A DNA stretch of 64,000 nucleotides from an uncultured Porticoccaceae bacterium (GCA_964623085.1 CAZUTO010000001.1:66243-130242), one strand, 5' to 3'; counted from the first letter of the stretch, positions 1-10,782 are shown. A program made the numbers and translations. The notes: a model not told the origin generated them from the letters alone.

Positions 1-1377
1 AATCGGATTGTCACCTACTTCTCTTTTGGCATATTGGAGCTGGCGTATGGCGAGTTGATAGCCACCGATAAGTGTAAAGTATTCAGCTCGCGCTTTATGT
101 AGCTCGAGGATTTCACCAGCTAGCCCAAGTGTTTCGGCATATTCATACCAAACTAAAGCGTCGTTAGGTCGAGTGATTGTTTGACTGCGATAGATACTCG
201 CAGCTTCAGCATACTTTGCTTGATGATTTAGCGATTCCGCCAACGCCATATTGAGTGAATAGCTTGATGGTTTAAATTGCAGATGGTTTCGCAATATGTT
301 TTCGGCTTCATCCGCGCGATCAATTTCTCTAAGAACATCTGCATAGAGAAGAGCGTACATGTGGTTGGTTTGGTCTTTTTCATACAGATCGTAGGCCTCG
401 ATAATGGCATCATCCATATTGAGTGCCCCCTGATGTGCAAGCGCCAGACCATACTGATTAGTTTGATTAGGTTGGTCTTTAAACGCCGAGGCAAATTCCC
501 GCACAGCGAGTTGTGGGCTATCTGCTGAGGCAACCCGAACGCGCGTTTGAATGAGCGAGTAGGCTGGATTGACGTAATAGGCTCTGGGCTGAAATTGCCG
601 CGCTCGATTGCCTGCGTCATTAACACGGTTTTCTGTAAGCGGGTGAGAGCGCAGGTATTCAGGTGTGCGGAAACCAACATACCGAGAGGCAGCTAGCATA
701 GCTTCGAACATTTCTTTCATGGCTTCGGGATCTCGGCCTGACTTTGTCAGTACATCTAATCCTAGACGATCCGCTTCCTGTTCATTTTGCCTGCTGTATC
801 GAAGTTGTGAATCAAGTGCTACCGCTTGAGTAGCTGAAATGACGGCGAGCCCTGCATCGCTGCCGGTAGTGGCGGCTAAGATGATGCCCGCTAACAAGCC
901 GGCCATCGTTGTAATCGTACTTCCTTGCTGTGCTTCTACTGAACGAGCAAAGTGACGCTGGCTTAAATGGGCGAGCTCATGAGCGAGCACTGAAGAGAGC
1001 TGATCTTCGGTTTGAGCATAGAGGAAAAGACCGGTATGTACACCGAGCACACCGCCAGGAACGGCAAACGCATTGAGGGTAGGGTTATTCACTACCAAAA
1101 TGTCCACACGATTGTCAGAAAGCCCTGCGTTTGGAAGCATGCTATATACAAGGTCTTCGACGTATTCTTGCATTAGATAGTCTTCACCAACCTCAGCTTG
1201 ACTGCGAAAAGAGCGCAGCCATGCCTGCCCGAGCTGCCTTTCTTGTGCAACGGACACAACGCTAGAGCTAGAAGAGCCAAGTTCAGGTAGTTCAATAGAT
1301 TGAGCGGATGCCTTGCCAATGGCAAAACAAAGGATAGCTAAAACGCTGAGTTGACGAAAAACAATTTGGTACTGCAT
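1..1377 (-). CDS. bepA: Beta-barrel assembly-enhancing protease BepA-like (M48 metalloprotease with TPR-like C-terminal half); C-terminus lies beyond the window edge
   Basis: The minus-strand frame is open from ATG at 1377 to position 1 (459 codons). It is absent from the ORF track because no stop falls inside the window. N-terminus looks like a signal peptide (MQYQIVFRQLSVLAILCFAIGKASA). HELAH zinc motif, downstream NEQEADRLG, and THPLTENR all align with E. coli BepA/YfgC as I recall it. It is divergent from perM, as in E. coli. Confidence 0.85.
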   Translation of the reverse strand, partial: MQYQIVFRQLSVLAILCFAIGKASAQSIELPELGSSSSSVVSVAQERQLGQAWLRSFRSQAEVGEDYLMQEYVEDLVYSMLPNAGLSDNRVDILVVNNPTLNAFAVPGGVLGVHTGLFLYAQTEDQLSSVLAHELAHLSQRHFARSVEAQQGSTITTMAGLLAGIILAATTGSDAGLAVISATQAVALDSQLRYSRQNEQEADRLGLDVLTKSGRDPEAMKEMFEAMLAASRYVGFRTPEYLRSHPLTENRVNDAGNRARQFQPRAYYVNPAYSLIQTRVRVASADSPQLAVREFASAFKDQPNQTNQYGLALAHQGALNMDDAIIEAYDLYEKDQTNHMYALLYADVLREIDRADEAENILRNHLQFKPSSYSLNMALAESLNHQAKYAEAASIYRSQTITRPNDALVWYEYAETLGLAGEILELHKARAEYFTLIGGYQLAIRQLQYAKREVGDNPI

Positions 1378-1536
1378 CTTACAACGGGTATCCTATCTTC
1401 TCTTGAAATCGAGGCGATATAGCTTCGACACCGGAGTTCTGCGTAGGTTTCATCTGCAAAGCTTTGTAACATATTTCTTGTATTATAGGCATGCTTTGGG
1501 TGTCTAAATCAGAAGATTCTGGAAAGTTAATTATTA

Positions 1537-2622
1537 ATGCGTGATATTGTTAACATCTGGCTTCATCGATATTTCGGGGATGAAGAGGCGTTACTTCTCG
1601 CCATTATTATCGTCACAAGCCTTTTACTGATCTGGTTTCTGGGCGATGTTCTCTCACCATTTCTAGTCGCGCTTATCCTTGCCTATATCCTACAAGGTGT
1701 AGTGACGATGTTGGTCGGCTGGAAGCTAAACCGGATATGGGCCGTTGTCATCACGTTTACCGGCTTTATTGGCATTATTTCCGCGCTGTCTGTTTTTATC
1801 GTTCCCTTAATTCTCGCTCAGGTTGCTGGAGTGGTTGCCGATTTGCCAGATATTCTCGGTCGTGGCGAAGCATTGCTAACCGCTACCGCAGAAGAGTATT
1901 CGACCGTGGTGAGTGAATCACTTCTAGAGCAGGTTTTTTTAGAGTTAAATCAATTCGCCTTATCTCAGGGAGAGACGTTACTCACGAGTTCACTAGATAG
2001 TCTGCCAGGCCTTTTCACACTCATTGTGTATGCCACGCTCGTATTTATTTTGGTGTTTTTTCTACTGAAAGATTGGCAGGAGCTCGCCCAGGGAGTGAAA
2101 GGCTTTTTACCTACTCGACGCGGCGCAATGCGCTTGATTTGGGTGGAGATGGATCAACAGCTGGCCAATTATCTGCGTGGTAAAGCCGTTGAAATTGTCA
2201 TAGTGGCTGTCGCTGCTTACATTGTATTTTTGTTATTTGGTCTTCGTTACGCATTGCTTCTATCGCTGTTCGTTGGCTTGTCCGTGCTTATACCCTTTGT
2301 CGGAGCATTTGCCGTCACTATCCCTGTGGCGTTGGTCGCCATTTTTCAGTGGGGACTGGAGCCACAGACGTTTTATCTCGTTTTGGCTTACGTTATTCTG
2401 CAACTACTTGACGGGAATGTGTTGGTCCCACTTTTATTTTCAGAAGCGGTAAACCTAAACCCTGTCGTTATTATTTTAGCGATTCTTGTATTTGGTGGAA
2501 TATGGGGCTTGTGGGGGGTGTTTTTTGCTATTCCGTTAGCAACCTTCATTAAAGCGGTTATAGTGGCTTGGCCGGTATCACCGATCGCCGATCCGGTAAT
2601 TGATGCGGCCGATATTGATTAG
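1537..2622 (+). CDS. perM: AI-2E family transporter (PerM/YfgO-like permease)
   Basis: 361-aa polytopic membrane protein with the typical AI-2E/UPF0118 layout. It is divergent from bepA, as in E. coli. Confidence 0.8.
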   Translation: MRDIVNIWLHRYFGDEEALLLAIIIVTSLLLIWFLGDVLSPFLVALILAYILQGVVTMLVGWKLNRIWAVVITFTGFIGIISALSVFIVPLILAQVAGVVADLPDILGRGEALLTATAEEYSTVVSESLLEQVFLELNQFALSQGETLLTSSLDSLPGLFTLIVYATLVFILVFFLLKDWQELAQGVKGFLPTRRGAMRLIWVEMDQQLANYLRGKAVEIVIVAVAAYIVFLLFGLRYALLLSLFVGLSVLIPFVGAFAVTIPVALVAIFQWGLEPQTFYLVLAYVILQLLDGNVLVPLLFSEAVNLNPVVIILAILVFGGIWGLWGVFFAIPLATFIKAVIVAWPVSPIADPVIDAADID

Positions 2623-2724
2623 TATTTAACGGCGGCGGTTATCGTCGAAACTTGAAGCTAAATCGATTGCCAGTTGGTGCATTAGATAAACAATAAAATT
2701 ATCGAATTTGAGGAGAGATCGTTC

Positions 2725-5367
2725 GTGGAAGATACCCGCTCTGTAGAGACGCAAGAATGGCTTGACGCCTTAGAGTCCGTTATCAAAGCCTCAGGAAAAG
2801 AGCGAGCGGCTGAGCTTTTGACTCAGCTTTCTCAGTTGGCAGATGATAAAGGTATAGCAAGGCCGCAGTCGGTAACCACACCCTATCGAAACACGATTCG
2901 CGTTGAAGAAGAAAAACCCTTGCCCGGCGACTTATTTATGGAGCGCCGAATCCGGTCGCTTATTCGTTGGAACGCCATGGCGATGGTGATGCGCTGCAAT
3001 ACGCGTGACAGCAGCTTGGGTGGCCATATTTCCTCATTTGCGTCTTCCGCCACTTTATATGAAATCGGTTTTAATCATTTCTGGCGTGGATGGGATAACG
3101 GTAACAAAGGCGACTTGATTCTATATCAGGGTCATTGTGCACCTGGTATGTACGCACGTTCTTATATTGAAGGCAGATTAACTGAAGAACAGCTTGAGAG
3201 CTTTCGCCGCGAAGTCGATGGCAATGGCCTTTCTTCTTATCCCCACCCATGGCTCATGCCGGACTATTGGCAATTTCCAACGGTTTCCATGGGGCTGGGG
3301 CCTCTTCAAGCCATATACCTAGCACATGTGATGAAGTATCAACATAAGCGTGGCTTGGTGGATCAAACGGACAGAAAAGTCTGGGCCTTTTTGGGTGATG
3401 GAGAAACGGATGAGCCAGAATCACTCGGCGCAATTTCTCTTGCTGGTCGGGAAAAGTTGGATAATTTAATCTTCGTTATTAACTGCAATCTTCAGCGGCT
3501 TGATGGTCCGGTACGCGGTAATGGGAAAATAATTCAAGAGCTTGAAGGCGTCTTCCGAGGCGCAGGCTGGAATGTCATCAAAGTTGTATGGGGTCGTGAC
3601 TGGGATGCCTTGTTTGCTAAAGATGTGGATGGAAAACTTCAGCAAGCGCTAGATGAATGGATCGACGGAGAATACCAAAACTTCAAGAGCAAACCTGGTT
3701 CTTATCTGCGTGCTGCTTTCGAAGAAAAAGGCATAGGTGAGATGGTTGCTCATATGAGTGATGAGGATCTCGGAAGGCTGAATAGAGGTGGCCACGATCC
3801 GTTTAAGGTTTACGCTGCTTATCACCAAGCGGTGAATCATAAAGGCCAGCCTACGGTCATTCTCGCTAAAACCGTGAAAGGATACGCAACAGGCGAAGCG
3901 GGGCAGGCTGCTAACACCACGCACTCGCTTAAGAAGCTGGATATTGAAAGCCTTAAGCAATTCAGAGACCGTTTTGGTATTCCTATATCGGATGAAGAGC
4001 TACCTGAGGTTCCGTACTACCGACCTGAGGAAAATAGCCCCGAGATGAGATACTTGCGTGAGCGGCGCGAGATGCTGAAGGGATACATTCCGTATAGACA
4101 AGCCGACTTCGACAAATTGGATACACCTGAGTTGGAGATTTTCGCCAAGCAATTAGAGTCGACAGGTGATCGCGAGATTTCATCGACTATGGCGTTTGTG
4201 AGATTGCTGTCGAATCTAGCGAAGGACAAATCAGTGGGCCCGCGTGTGGTTCCCATCGTGGCCGACGAGGCGCGTACGTTCGGCATGGAAGGAATGTTCC
4301 GCCAGCTCGGAATATATGCACCTGAAGGTCAGAAGTATGAGCCAGAAGACTCTGATCAAATCATGTTCTACAAAGAGTCTGAAAGTGGCCAGATTTTGGA
4401 AGAGGGAATTAACGAAGCAGGGGCTTTTTCATCTTGGTTAGCCTGTGCCACCTCTTATAGTCATAGCGACTATCCTATGATTCCATTTTATATCTACTAC
4501 TCGATGTTTGGATTCCAGCGTATTGGGGATTTGGCATGGGCCGCAGGCGACTTACAGGCGCGGGGCTTTTTGATCGGTGCGACAGCGGGGCGCACCACGC
4601 TTAACGGCGAAGGGCTCCAGCACCAGGATGGTCACAGTCATTTGGTCGGTTCGAGTATTCCCAATTGCCGCTGTTACGATCCAACGTATAGCTTTGAGCT
4701 AGCTGTGATTATTCAAGATGGTATTCGTCGCATGTATGGCGAGGGTGAGAACTGTTTTTATTATATTTCAACAATGAACGAGAACTATCAACACCATGAG
4801 CTGCCAGCAGGCTCGGAAGAGGGGATCGTTCGTGGAATGTATATGCTTAAGAAGGGGGGGGAAGGTGCTTCCCCTCGAGTACAGCTAATGGGCGGTGGAT
4901 CGATTTTGGTTGAGGTTGAAAAAGCTGCGGAATTGCTGAAGAACGATTGGGGTGTCGAGTCCGATGTTTGGAGTATGACGTCGGTGAACGAGGTGTATCG
5001 CGATGCAAAATCAGCAGATCGATGGAACCTACTGCACCCAGAAGAAGAACCCAAAAAACCCTATATCACGGAGCTGCTCTCTGATGTAGAAGGGCCAAAG
5101 GTTATCGCGACAGACTATATTCATGCCTATTCTGAGCAGTTACGTGCTTTTATTCCCGGAACCTTTACGGTGTTAGGCACTGATGGGTTCGGGCGTTCTG
5201 ATACGCGTGAGAAGCTTCGCGACCATTTCGAGGTGGATAGCCGCTATATCTGTGTGGCAGCGCTGAGTAGTCTGGTTAAGGACGGCAAAATAGAGAAATC
5301 CAAGGTGGTAGATGCGATGGATAAGTATGGCATTGATCCTGAAAAATCCGATCCGATTTCACTTTAA
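2725..5367 (+). CDS. aceE: Pyruvate dehydrogenase E1 component
   Basis: 880 aa with a GTG start. Collinear with E. coli AceE (GGHISSFASSATLYE, GDGETDEPES, NCNLQRLDGPVRGNGKII, YIYYSMFGFQRIGD). Confidence 0.97.
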   Translation: MEDTRSVETQEWLDALESVIKASGKERAAELLTQLSQLADDKGIARPQSVTTPYRNTIRVEEEKPLPGDLFMERRIRSLIRWNAMAMVMRCNTRDSSLGGHISSFASSATLYEIGFNHFWRGWDNGNKGDLILYQGHCAPGMYARSYIEGRLTEEQLESFRREVDGNGLSSYPHPWLMPDYWQFPTVSMGLGPLQAIYLAHVMKYQHKRGLVDQTDRKVWAFLGDGETDEPESLGAISLAGREKLDNLIFVINCNLQRLDGPVRGNGKIIQELEGVFRGAGWNVIKVVWGRDWDALFAKDVDGKLQQALDEWIDGEYQNFKSKPGSYLRAAFEEKGIGEMVAHMSDEDLGRLNRGGHDPFKVYAAYHQAVNHKGQPTVILAKTVKGYATGEAGQAANTTHSLKKLDIESLKQFRDRFGIPISDEELPEVPYYRPEENSPEMRYLRERREMLKGYIPYRQADFDKLDTPELEIFAKQLESTGDREISSTMAFVRLLSNLAKDKSVGPRVVPIVADEARTFGMEGMFRQLGIYAPEGQKYEPEDSDQIMFYKESESGQILEEGINEAGAFSSWLACATSYSHSDYPMIPFYIYYSMFGFQRIGDLAWAAGDLQARGFLIGATAGRTTLNGEGLQHQDGHSHLVGSSIPNCRCYDPTYSFELAVIIQDGIRRMYGEGENCFYYISTMNENYQHHELPAGSEEGIVRGMYMLKKGGEGASPRVQLMGGGSILVEVEKAAELLKNDWGVESDVWSMTSVNEVYRDAKSADRWNLLHPEEEPKKPYITELLSDVEGPKVIATDYIHAYSEQLRAFIPGTFTVLGTDGFGRSDTREKLRDHFEVDSRYICVAALSSLVKDGKIEKSKVVDAMDKYGIDPEKSDPISL

Positions 5368-5378
5368 CGGGAGAGAAC

Positions 5379-7430
5379 TTGGTGTCCATAGAAAAAGTAC
5401 AGGTTCCAGATATTGGTGCAGATAGCGCTGAAGTCATTGAGATTTTGGTCAATGTCGGTGATGTCGTTGAAGCGGATCAATCTCTAGCAGTATTGGAATC
5501 CGATAAAGCTTCCGTCGAGATTCCCTGCCCAAAAGCTGGAAAGATAAGATCAATCGCACTGTCTGTGGGTGATCAGGTATCTGAAGGCGCTGAGCTCATA
5601 GAACTAGAAGTAACGGCGGGAAATGTTGATGCCGATGCTAGTGCTGATAGCGTCGGAACAGAGACTACTTTGGATGCCGAGAACAGTGATGCTGGTGCTA
5701 GTTCTGAAGAGGAAGCGGCAGAGCATCAAACGGTAAGTGCTTCAGCGACAAAAGATTCCAGTGAATCGGCGATCTGCTTGGTGCCCGATATCGGAGCCGA
5801 CGAGGCAGAAATTATTGAAGTGATGGTGTCTGTCGGTGAAAGTATCGAAGAAGGTGATTCCATCGTTGTTGCCGAATCAGATAAAGCATCCGTTGAAGTG
5901 CCTGCAGAGTTTAGTGGTGTGATAGAAACACTGCACGTTTCGTCTGGCGATAAGGTGTCGCAAGGTGATCAGTTAGTCACGATTACTCGGTCTGTTTCCG
6001 AATCTTCGTCTCAAGCCCAGTCTGAGCCAGAATCTAGTGCGCCCACGGAAACGAAAGCAGAGCAGGTTAAGCCGCCTATTTTGGAAGACGTGGCAGTGCC
6101 GGTTGCCTCAATGGAAGCTGAGGCAGTGACGCATAAAGTGCCGGATATTGGTTCGGATTCGGCTGAAGTCATTGAAGTGATGGTTGCAGCAGGTGATGTC
6201 GTTGAAGAAGGCGATTCGATTTGTGCTGTAGAGACGGACAAGGCTTCCGTAGAAGTTCCTTCACCAGCCTCCGGAAAAGTCGAGGCTGTTTATGTGGAGA
6301 CAGGCACTCAGATTAGTCAGGGCCAAGATCTCGTTCGTATTCTAGGTACTGAAACTGCTGGCCAAATGGCACCTGAAGCCAAGACGGAATCGGCTCCTGC
6401 GGTGCAGGCACCGGCGAGCAGCACTCAACAGACCCAAGCTCCCGTTCAAGCAACAGAACAGCCCATTGCAGCGAAGGCAGTTACGGCTGTCGGTGGAGCG
6501 ACAAGAATTGGAAGTAATGCAAATGTTTATGCGGGGCCGGCTGCGCGTAAGACAGCGCGCGAGCTTGGCGTTGAGCTTTCACAGGTTAAAGGCTCTGGCA
6601 ATCGTGGTCGCATATTGATTGAGGATATCAATCAGTTCGTTAAAGAACGTATGCAATCTGGTGGTGCACGTCTCGAATCTGTTGAGGGGCGGGCGCTTCC
6701 CGAAATACCTGCCGTAGATTGGTCCAAATTCGGAGAGATCGAAACTGAACCGATGTCGCGTATACACAAAGCGACAGCGGTGAACATGGTTCGCAATTGG
6801 CTTAACGTTCCCCATGTTACGCAGTTCGACGACGCTGATGTGACAGAATTAGAAAAGTATCGCGCGTATTTGAAGTCCGAAGCGACTTCACGAGGTATCA
6901 AAATGACGCCTCTCGCGTTCTTGCTGAAAGCAACGGCAGTCGCGCTTGCTGAGAATCCGAAAATGAATTCAAGTCTCCATGAAAATGGGGAAGACTTGGT
7001 GTTTCGTAAATTTGTTCATATTTCGATTGCGGTAGATACGCCTGCGGGCTTAATGGTTCCGGTTATTCGCGATGTCGATAAGAAGAATATTTGGGAATTG
7101 GCCGCCGATGTGAGCACCATGGCTGGCAAAGCTAAGGAAGGAAAGCTCGGTGCGAAGGATATGCAGGGCGCTAGTTTCACAATATCTAGCCTCGGTGCCA
7201 TCGGTGGTACTGGTTTTACGCCTATTGTTTCTGCTCCACAGGTGGGGATACTCGGCGTTTCTAAAACCAGTGTTCAACCGGTATGGAATGGCAGTGAATT
7301 TGAGCCTAGGCAGATGATGCCTTTGTCTGTTTCTTATGATCACCGAGCGGTAAATGGTGTCGATGCAGGAAAATTCATGGTGTCTCTGGTATCAGTGTTA
7401 GAAGATTTGGATCGAATCTGGAACGGATAG
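5379..7430 (+). CDS. aceF: Dihydrolipoamide acetyltransferase E2 with three lipoyl domains
   Basis: Three repeats of the lipoyl motif (ESDKASVE, ESDKASVEVP, ETDKASVEVP) are separated by Ala/Pro/Glu/Ser-rich linkers. These are followed by a peripheral-subunit-binding domain and a catalytic domain (SYDHRAVNG). The start is TTG at 5379 or GTG at 5382. Confidence 0.95.
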   Translation: MVSIEKVQVPDIGADSAEVIEILVNVGDVVEADQSLAVLESDKASVEIPCPKAGKIRSIALSVGDQVSEGAELIELEVTAGNVDADASADSVGTETTLDAENSDAGASSEEEAAEHQTVSASATKDSSESAICLVPDIGADEAEIIEVMVSVGESIEEGDSIVVAESDKASVEVPAEFSGVIETLHVSSGDKVSQGDQLVTITRSVSESSSQAQSEPESSAPTETKAEQVKPPILEDVAVPVASMEAEAVTHKVPDIGSDSAEVIEVMVAAGDVVEEGDSICAVETDKASVEVPSPASGKVEAVYVETGTQISQGQDLVRILGTETAGQMAPEAKTESAPAVQAPASSTQQTQAPVQATEQPIAAKAVTAVGGATRIGSNANVYAGPAARKTARELGVELSQVKGSGNRGRILIEDINQFVKERMQSGGARLESVEGRALPEIPAVDWSKFGEIETEPMSRIHKATAVNMVRNWLNVPHVTQFDDADVTELEKYRAYLKSEATSRGIKMTPLAFLLKATAVALAENPKMNSSLHENGEDLVFRKFVHISIAVDTPAGLMVPVIRDVDKKNIWELAADVSTMAGKAKEGKLGAKDMQGASFTISSLGAIGGTGFTPIVSAPQVGILGVSKTSVQPVWNGSEFEPRQMMPLSVSYDHRAVNGVDAGKFMVSLVSVLEDLDRIWNG

Positions 7431-7529
7431 CTCGTGTTTTGCTATATCTGTCGCTCTAGCAACGGCGATATAGGTGATAATAGCTAGCCGTTGCGAATTT
7501 AAAATTGGTGTAAAAAAAGAGAATTTAAA

Positions 7530-9296
7530 TTGGGGTTCGATGCGTGGTTAACAGCTAGCGTAATTGTCGCGAGCTTTATCGTTCTGCTTTCAACTAGCCT
7601 AAGTGCAGATGTGGTTTTTATGTCTGCTGCAGTGATGTTGATGATGGCTGGTGTACTGACGCCGGAAGAATTGTTGGGTGGTTTTGCCAATCTTGGCCTC
7701 GCTACAGTCGCGGTAATGTTTATTATCGCCAGTGCACTGACACGGACTGGAGCACTAAGTGCGTTATCAAACCAATTGCTCGGTAGTCCAAAAAAACTGA
7801 GTACCGCTCAGGCTCGTTTGATGTTTCCAGTAGCGGCGATTAGCAGTCTGCTAAACAATACGCCAGTAGTAGCAATGATGATTCCCTTGGTATCTAAATG
7901 GGCCAAACGGCTCAAAATGTCGCCTTCTCAACTGATGATGCCATTGAGCTATGCCGCTATTGTGGGTGGCGTCTGTACGTTGATCGGCACGAGCACTAAT
8001 CTAGTCATCAACGATATGCTCATTACCGAAGGTATTGAAGGCCTATTGCTCTTCGAACTGGCATTAGTTGGCGTGCCTCTTGTGCTTGTCACGATTGTAT
8101 TTGTGATGATGATGAGCAACAGACTGCTTCCTGCAGGGGAAGAAGACACCGAAGTGTTTAGTGATACCAAGGAATACACCATTGAAATGGTGATCGGCCA
8201 AGGTAGTGTTTTGGGCGGACAATCAATTGAAAAGGCAGGCTTGAGGAATCTAGCTGGCGTTTATCTAATCGAAATTATTCGAGGAGATAGAGTTTTTGCA
8301 GCTGTATCCCCACATGAGTCTCTACTAGAGGGCGATCGTCTTATTTTTGCCGGTGATGTGGATTCGGTCGTTGATTTGCAAAATATTCGCGGGCTTGTTT
8401 ACGCAGAAGATCAGGTGTTCAAAATAGATGGAGATAGATCTTCGCGCAATTTTGTCGAGGTGATCTTAGGTAGGAGTTTTCCATATCTTGGTAAGACAGT
8501 AAGAGAAAGCCAATTTCGAAAGAAGTATGGCTCTGCAATTGTTGCGATATCGCGAGAAGGTGAGCATGTAAAGCAACGAATCGGTGATATTGAATTTCGC
8601 AAGGGGGATCTCTTACTGTTAGAAGCCTCTCCTCAATTTACCCAAACACGACGCTTTGAAAAAGATTTCTTATTGATATCAGATGTGCACAACTCAGCGC
8701 CTACGTTGTATAGCCGTCGCTTTTTGGCGCTCGCGATCCTTGCCCTTCAAATTGTATTGGTTACCTTGAATATATTCAGTCTGTTTGAGGCTGCTTGTGT
8801 GTCCATTGTGTTGTTGCTTGCCACGCGATGCATATCGGTCGAAGAATCACGGATGAGTATTGATTGGGAAGTGTTACTTGTCATAGCGGCCTCTATCGCG
8901 CTGGGAACCGCAGCAGAGAAAACTGGTATGGCTAGTATATTGGCTGGTTCCACGGTCGCCTTAGCGTCTGGTTCAGCCTATGGAAGTTTGGCTGCGCTGT
9001 TTGCAGTGGCGGCAGTAATGACGGCATTGATCTCCAATCTCGCCGCGGCGGTGATATTGTTTCCAGTGGCGTTGTCAGTTGCCGCACAGCTAGAAGTAAG
9101 CGCCTTGCCATTTGTTGTGACACTTATGGTAGCGGCATCTGTCAGCTTTGCTACGCCAATTGGTTATCAAACAAACTTGATGGTTTATGGGCCGGGCAAC
9201 TATCGCTATATGGACTTTTTGAAGATGGGCATTCCCTTGACGATTGTTTTGGGCTTGGTGACGCTAGGGTTGGTTCCTGTTTTTTGGCCATTCTAA
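7530..9296 (+). CDS. DASS/SLC13-type anion permease with two central TrkA-C (RCK_C) domains
   Basis: 588 aa. Transmembrane blocks at both ends flank a soluble region of about 170 aa with a duplicated (L)EGDRLIF.G / KGDLLLLEA pattern typical of TrkA-C pairs. The TTG start is uncertain. Confidence 0.75.
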   Translation: MGFDAWLTASVIVASFIVLLSTSLSADVVFMSAAVMLMMAGVLTPEELLGGFANLGLATVAVMFIIASALTRTGALSALSNQLLGSPKKLSTAQARLMFPVAAISSLLNNTPVVAMMIPLVSKWAKRLKMSPSQLMMPLSYAAIVGGVCTLIGTSTNLVINDMLITEGIEGLLLFELALVGVPLVLVTIVFVMMMSNRLLPAGEEDTEVFSDTKEYTIEMVIGQGSVLGGQSIEKAGLRNLAGVYLIEIIRGDRVFAAVSPHESLLEGDRLIFAGDVDSVVDLQNIRGLVYAEDQVFKIDGDRSSRNFVEVILGRSFPYLGKTVRESQFRKKYGSAIVAISREGEHVKQRIGDIEFRKGDLLLLEASPQFTQTRRFEKDFLLISDVHNSAPTLYSRRFLALAILALQIVLVTLNIFSLFEAACVSIVLLLATRCISVEESRMSIDWEVLLVIAASIALGTAAEKTGMASILAGSTVALASGSAYGSLAALFAVAAVMTALISNLAAAVILFPVALSVAAQLEVSALPFVVTLMVAASVSFATPIGYQTNLMVYGPGNYRYMDFLKMGIPLTIVLGLVTLGLVPVFWPF

Positions 9297-9317
9297 AAAA
9301 CTTCTCATAAAGCCGTC

Positions 9318-10709
9318 CTAAATAGTTTTTGTTGGTTTCTTTTTAGATGGCGGCTTTTTTTTGGGTGGTGCCTTGCGGATCTCTTTGATTTCTGACGTGA
9401 TGTTTCCATCCATAAGCTCAATATCAATAGATTGCCCCCTTGTTACCTGAACAGCCGATGTAATCACCCCTCGATCTTTATCAAACACGATACTGTAGCC
9501 TCTCGTCATAACAGCCATTGGATTAAGGGTTTCCAATATAGTGATTGCTTGTGTAAAGCGCTGTTTGGAAGCTTGGTGATGGTGATGCAACCCACGCAAT
9601 AGTCGCCCCTGTAGGACATCCAATTCACGGCTTCTAAGCGCAATTCGTTCGCTCAACCTGCTCGGCAGCAATCGCTGGGCGCTTGATACAAGTTTTGCTC
9701 TATGCTTGCCCATCATTGTTTTCCAATGACCCTGCAGTTGTGTTTCAAGGTGGTCTAGCTTCTGAGCAATTTGAAGAAGCTCTTTACTTGGGTCACTGAG
9801 CTTGATTGAGAGTCTTTCTAGTTGATGCGATTTATCGCTCAAATACTGTTGCATGAGTTTAGATATTCGCGCTTGCGTTGAATGTATTTCACTCCTCAGG
9901 TTCTGAAAGCCAGCGGTGGCTAATTCAGCTGCTTCCGATGGCGTTGCAGCCCGCAAATCAGCGACGAAATCTGAAATAGATACGTCGGTTTCGTGCCCGA
10001 CGCCGCTGATAATCGGAATGCTTGATTCGACGATAGCACGCGCGACCGGTTCGCTATTGAAAGCGACTAAATCCTCAAGCGATCCGCCGCCGCGCGTCAA
10101 AATAATGAGATCAAGATCTTTACGAGTATCGCAGTGCTTTAGGGCAGAACAAATCTCAGCTGCTGCAGATTCACCTTGCACTGGAACCGGTATGAGTAAA
10201 AGCGGAATAGTGGGCGCGCGTCTCGCACAAACTCTGCTGATGTCTTGAATCACCGCACCGGTTGGAGAGGTAATAATCGCTATCTTTTTTGGCCGAGAAG
10301 GAATGTTTTGCTTATTAGCTGTATCGAACAACCCCTCGTTGCGGAGTTTATCTGTTAGCTGATCAAATTGTTTTTGTAGATCGCCAAGACCGGCTGCTTT
10401 CATTTGATTGGCGATAATTTGTATTTCGCCGCGTTCTCGATAAAAACTCAGCTGGCCCCCGACAATTATCTCATCGCCAAGTTTGGGAGGAGCGTATTTG
10501 AAATTGGCCTGTTTGAACATGACGACACGTATCTGTGCTGCATCGTCTTTAATCGTGAAATACCAGTGTCCCGATCGAGGGGCACTAAAGTTGGAGACTT
10601 CTCCACGCACAAAGACGCTAAAAAACCGCTGTTCAAGCAATTTTTTAGTTTCGTTATTGAGTTCGAATACCGAGAAAATACGGCGCGCTGGTTCTTCGAA
10701 GTCTGACAT
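9318..10709 (-). CDS. xseA: Exodeoxyribonuclease VII large subunit
   Basis: 463 aa with an OB-fold N-terminus (VRGEVSNF...SGHWYFTIKD) and a catalytic core (RGGGSLEDL). Divergent from guaBA, as in E. coli. It carries a Lys/Pro-rich C-terminal tail. Confidence 0.9.
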   Translation of the reverse strand: MSDFEEPARRIFSVFELNNETKKLLEQRFFSVFVRGEVSNFSAPRSGHWYFTIKDDAAQIRVVMFKQANFKYAPPKLGDEIIVGGQLSFYRERGEIQIIANQMKAAGLGDLQKQFDQLTDKLRNEGLFDTANKQNIPSRPKKIAIITSPTGAVIQDISRVCARRAPTIPLLLIPVPVQGESAAAEICSALKHCDTRKDLDLIILTRGGGSLEDLVAFNSEPVARAIVESSIPIISGVGHETDVSISDFVADLRAATPSEAAELATAGFQNLRSEIHSTQARISKLMQQYLSDKSHQLERLSIKLSDPSKELLQIAQKLDHLETQLQGHWKTMMGKHRAKLVSSAQRLLPSRLSERIALRSRELDVLQGRLLRGLHHHHQASKQRFTQAITILETLNPMAVMTRGYSIVFDKDRGVITSAVQVTRGQSIDIELMDGNITSEIKEIRKAPPKKKPPSKKKPTKTI

Positions 10710-10782
10710 GAAATTATTTTACGAAAGTGGCGATCTGGGACTATAATGCCTCGTTCATTTTCTATTGAACAGTCCCTTTTAA

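Noticed and set aside
228-680. Track ORFs 228-680 (-) and 277-528 (+) at the left edge.
   Set aside because: Both are out of frame with, or antisense to, the continuous 459-codon BepA-like frame (1-1377, minus strand). That frame carries the HELAH motif and aligns with E. coli BepA.
5379-9296. Absence of lpd after aceEF; a transporter gene follows instead.
   Set aside because: As far as I recall, an aceE-aceF pair with the E3 gene encoded elsewhere is the normal arrangement in Pseudomonas-like gammaproteobacteria, so this is not an anomaly.
9318-9374. Lys/Pro-rich C-terminal tail of XseA (APPKKKPPSKKKPTKTI).
   Set aside because: It is a short low-complexity extension. It may be a lineage-specific nucleic-acid-binding tail, but there is no evidence of a separate function or of a frameshift or fusion.
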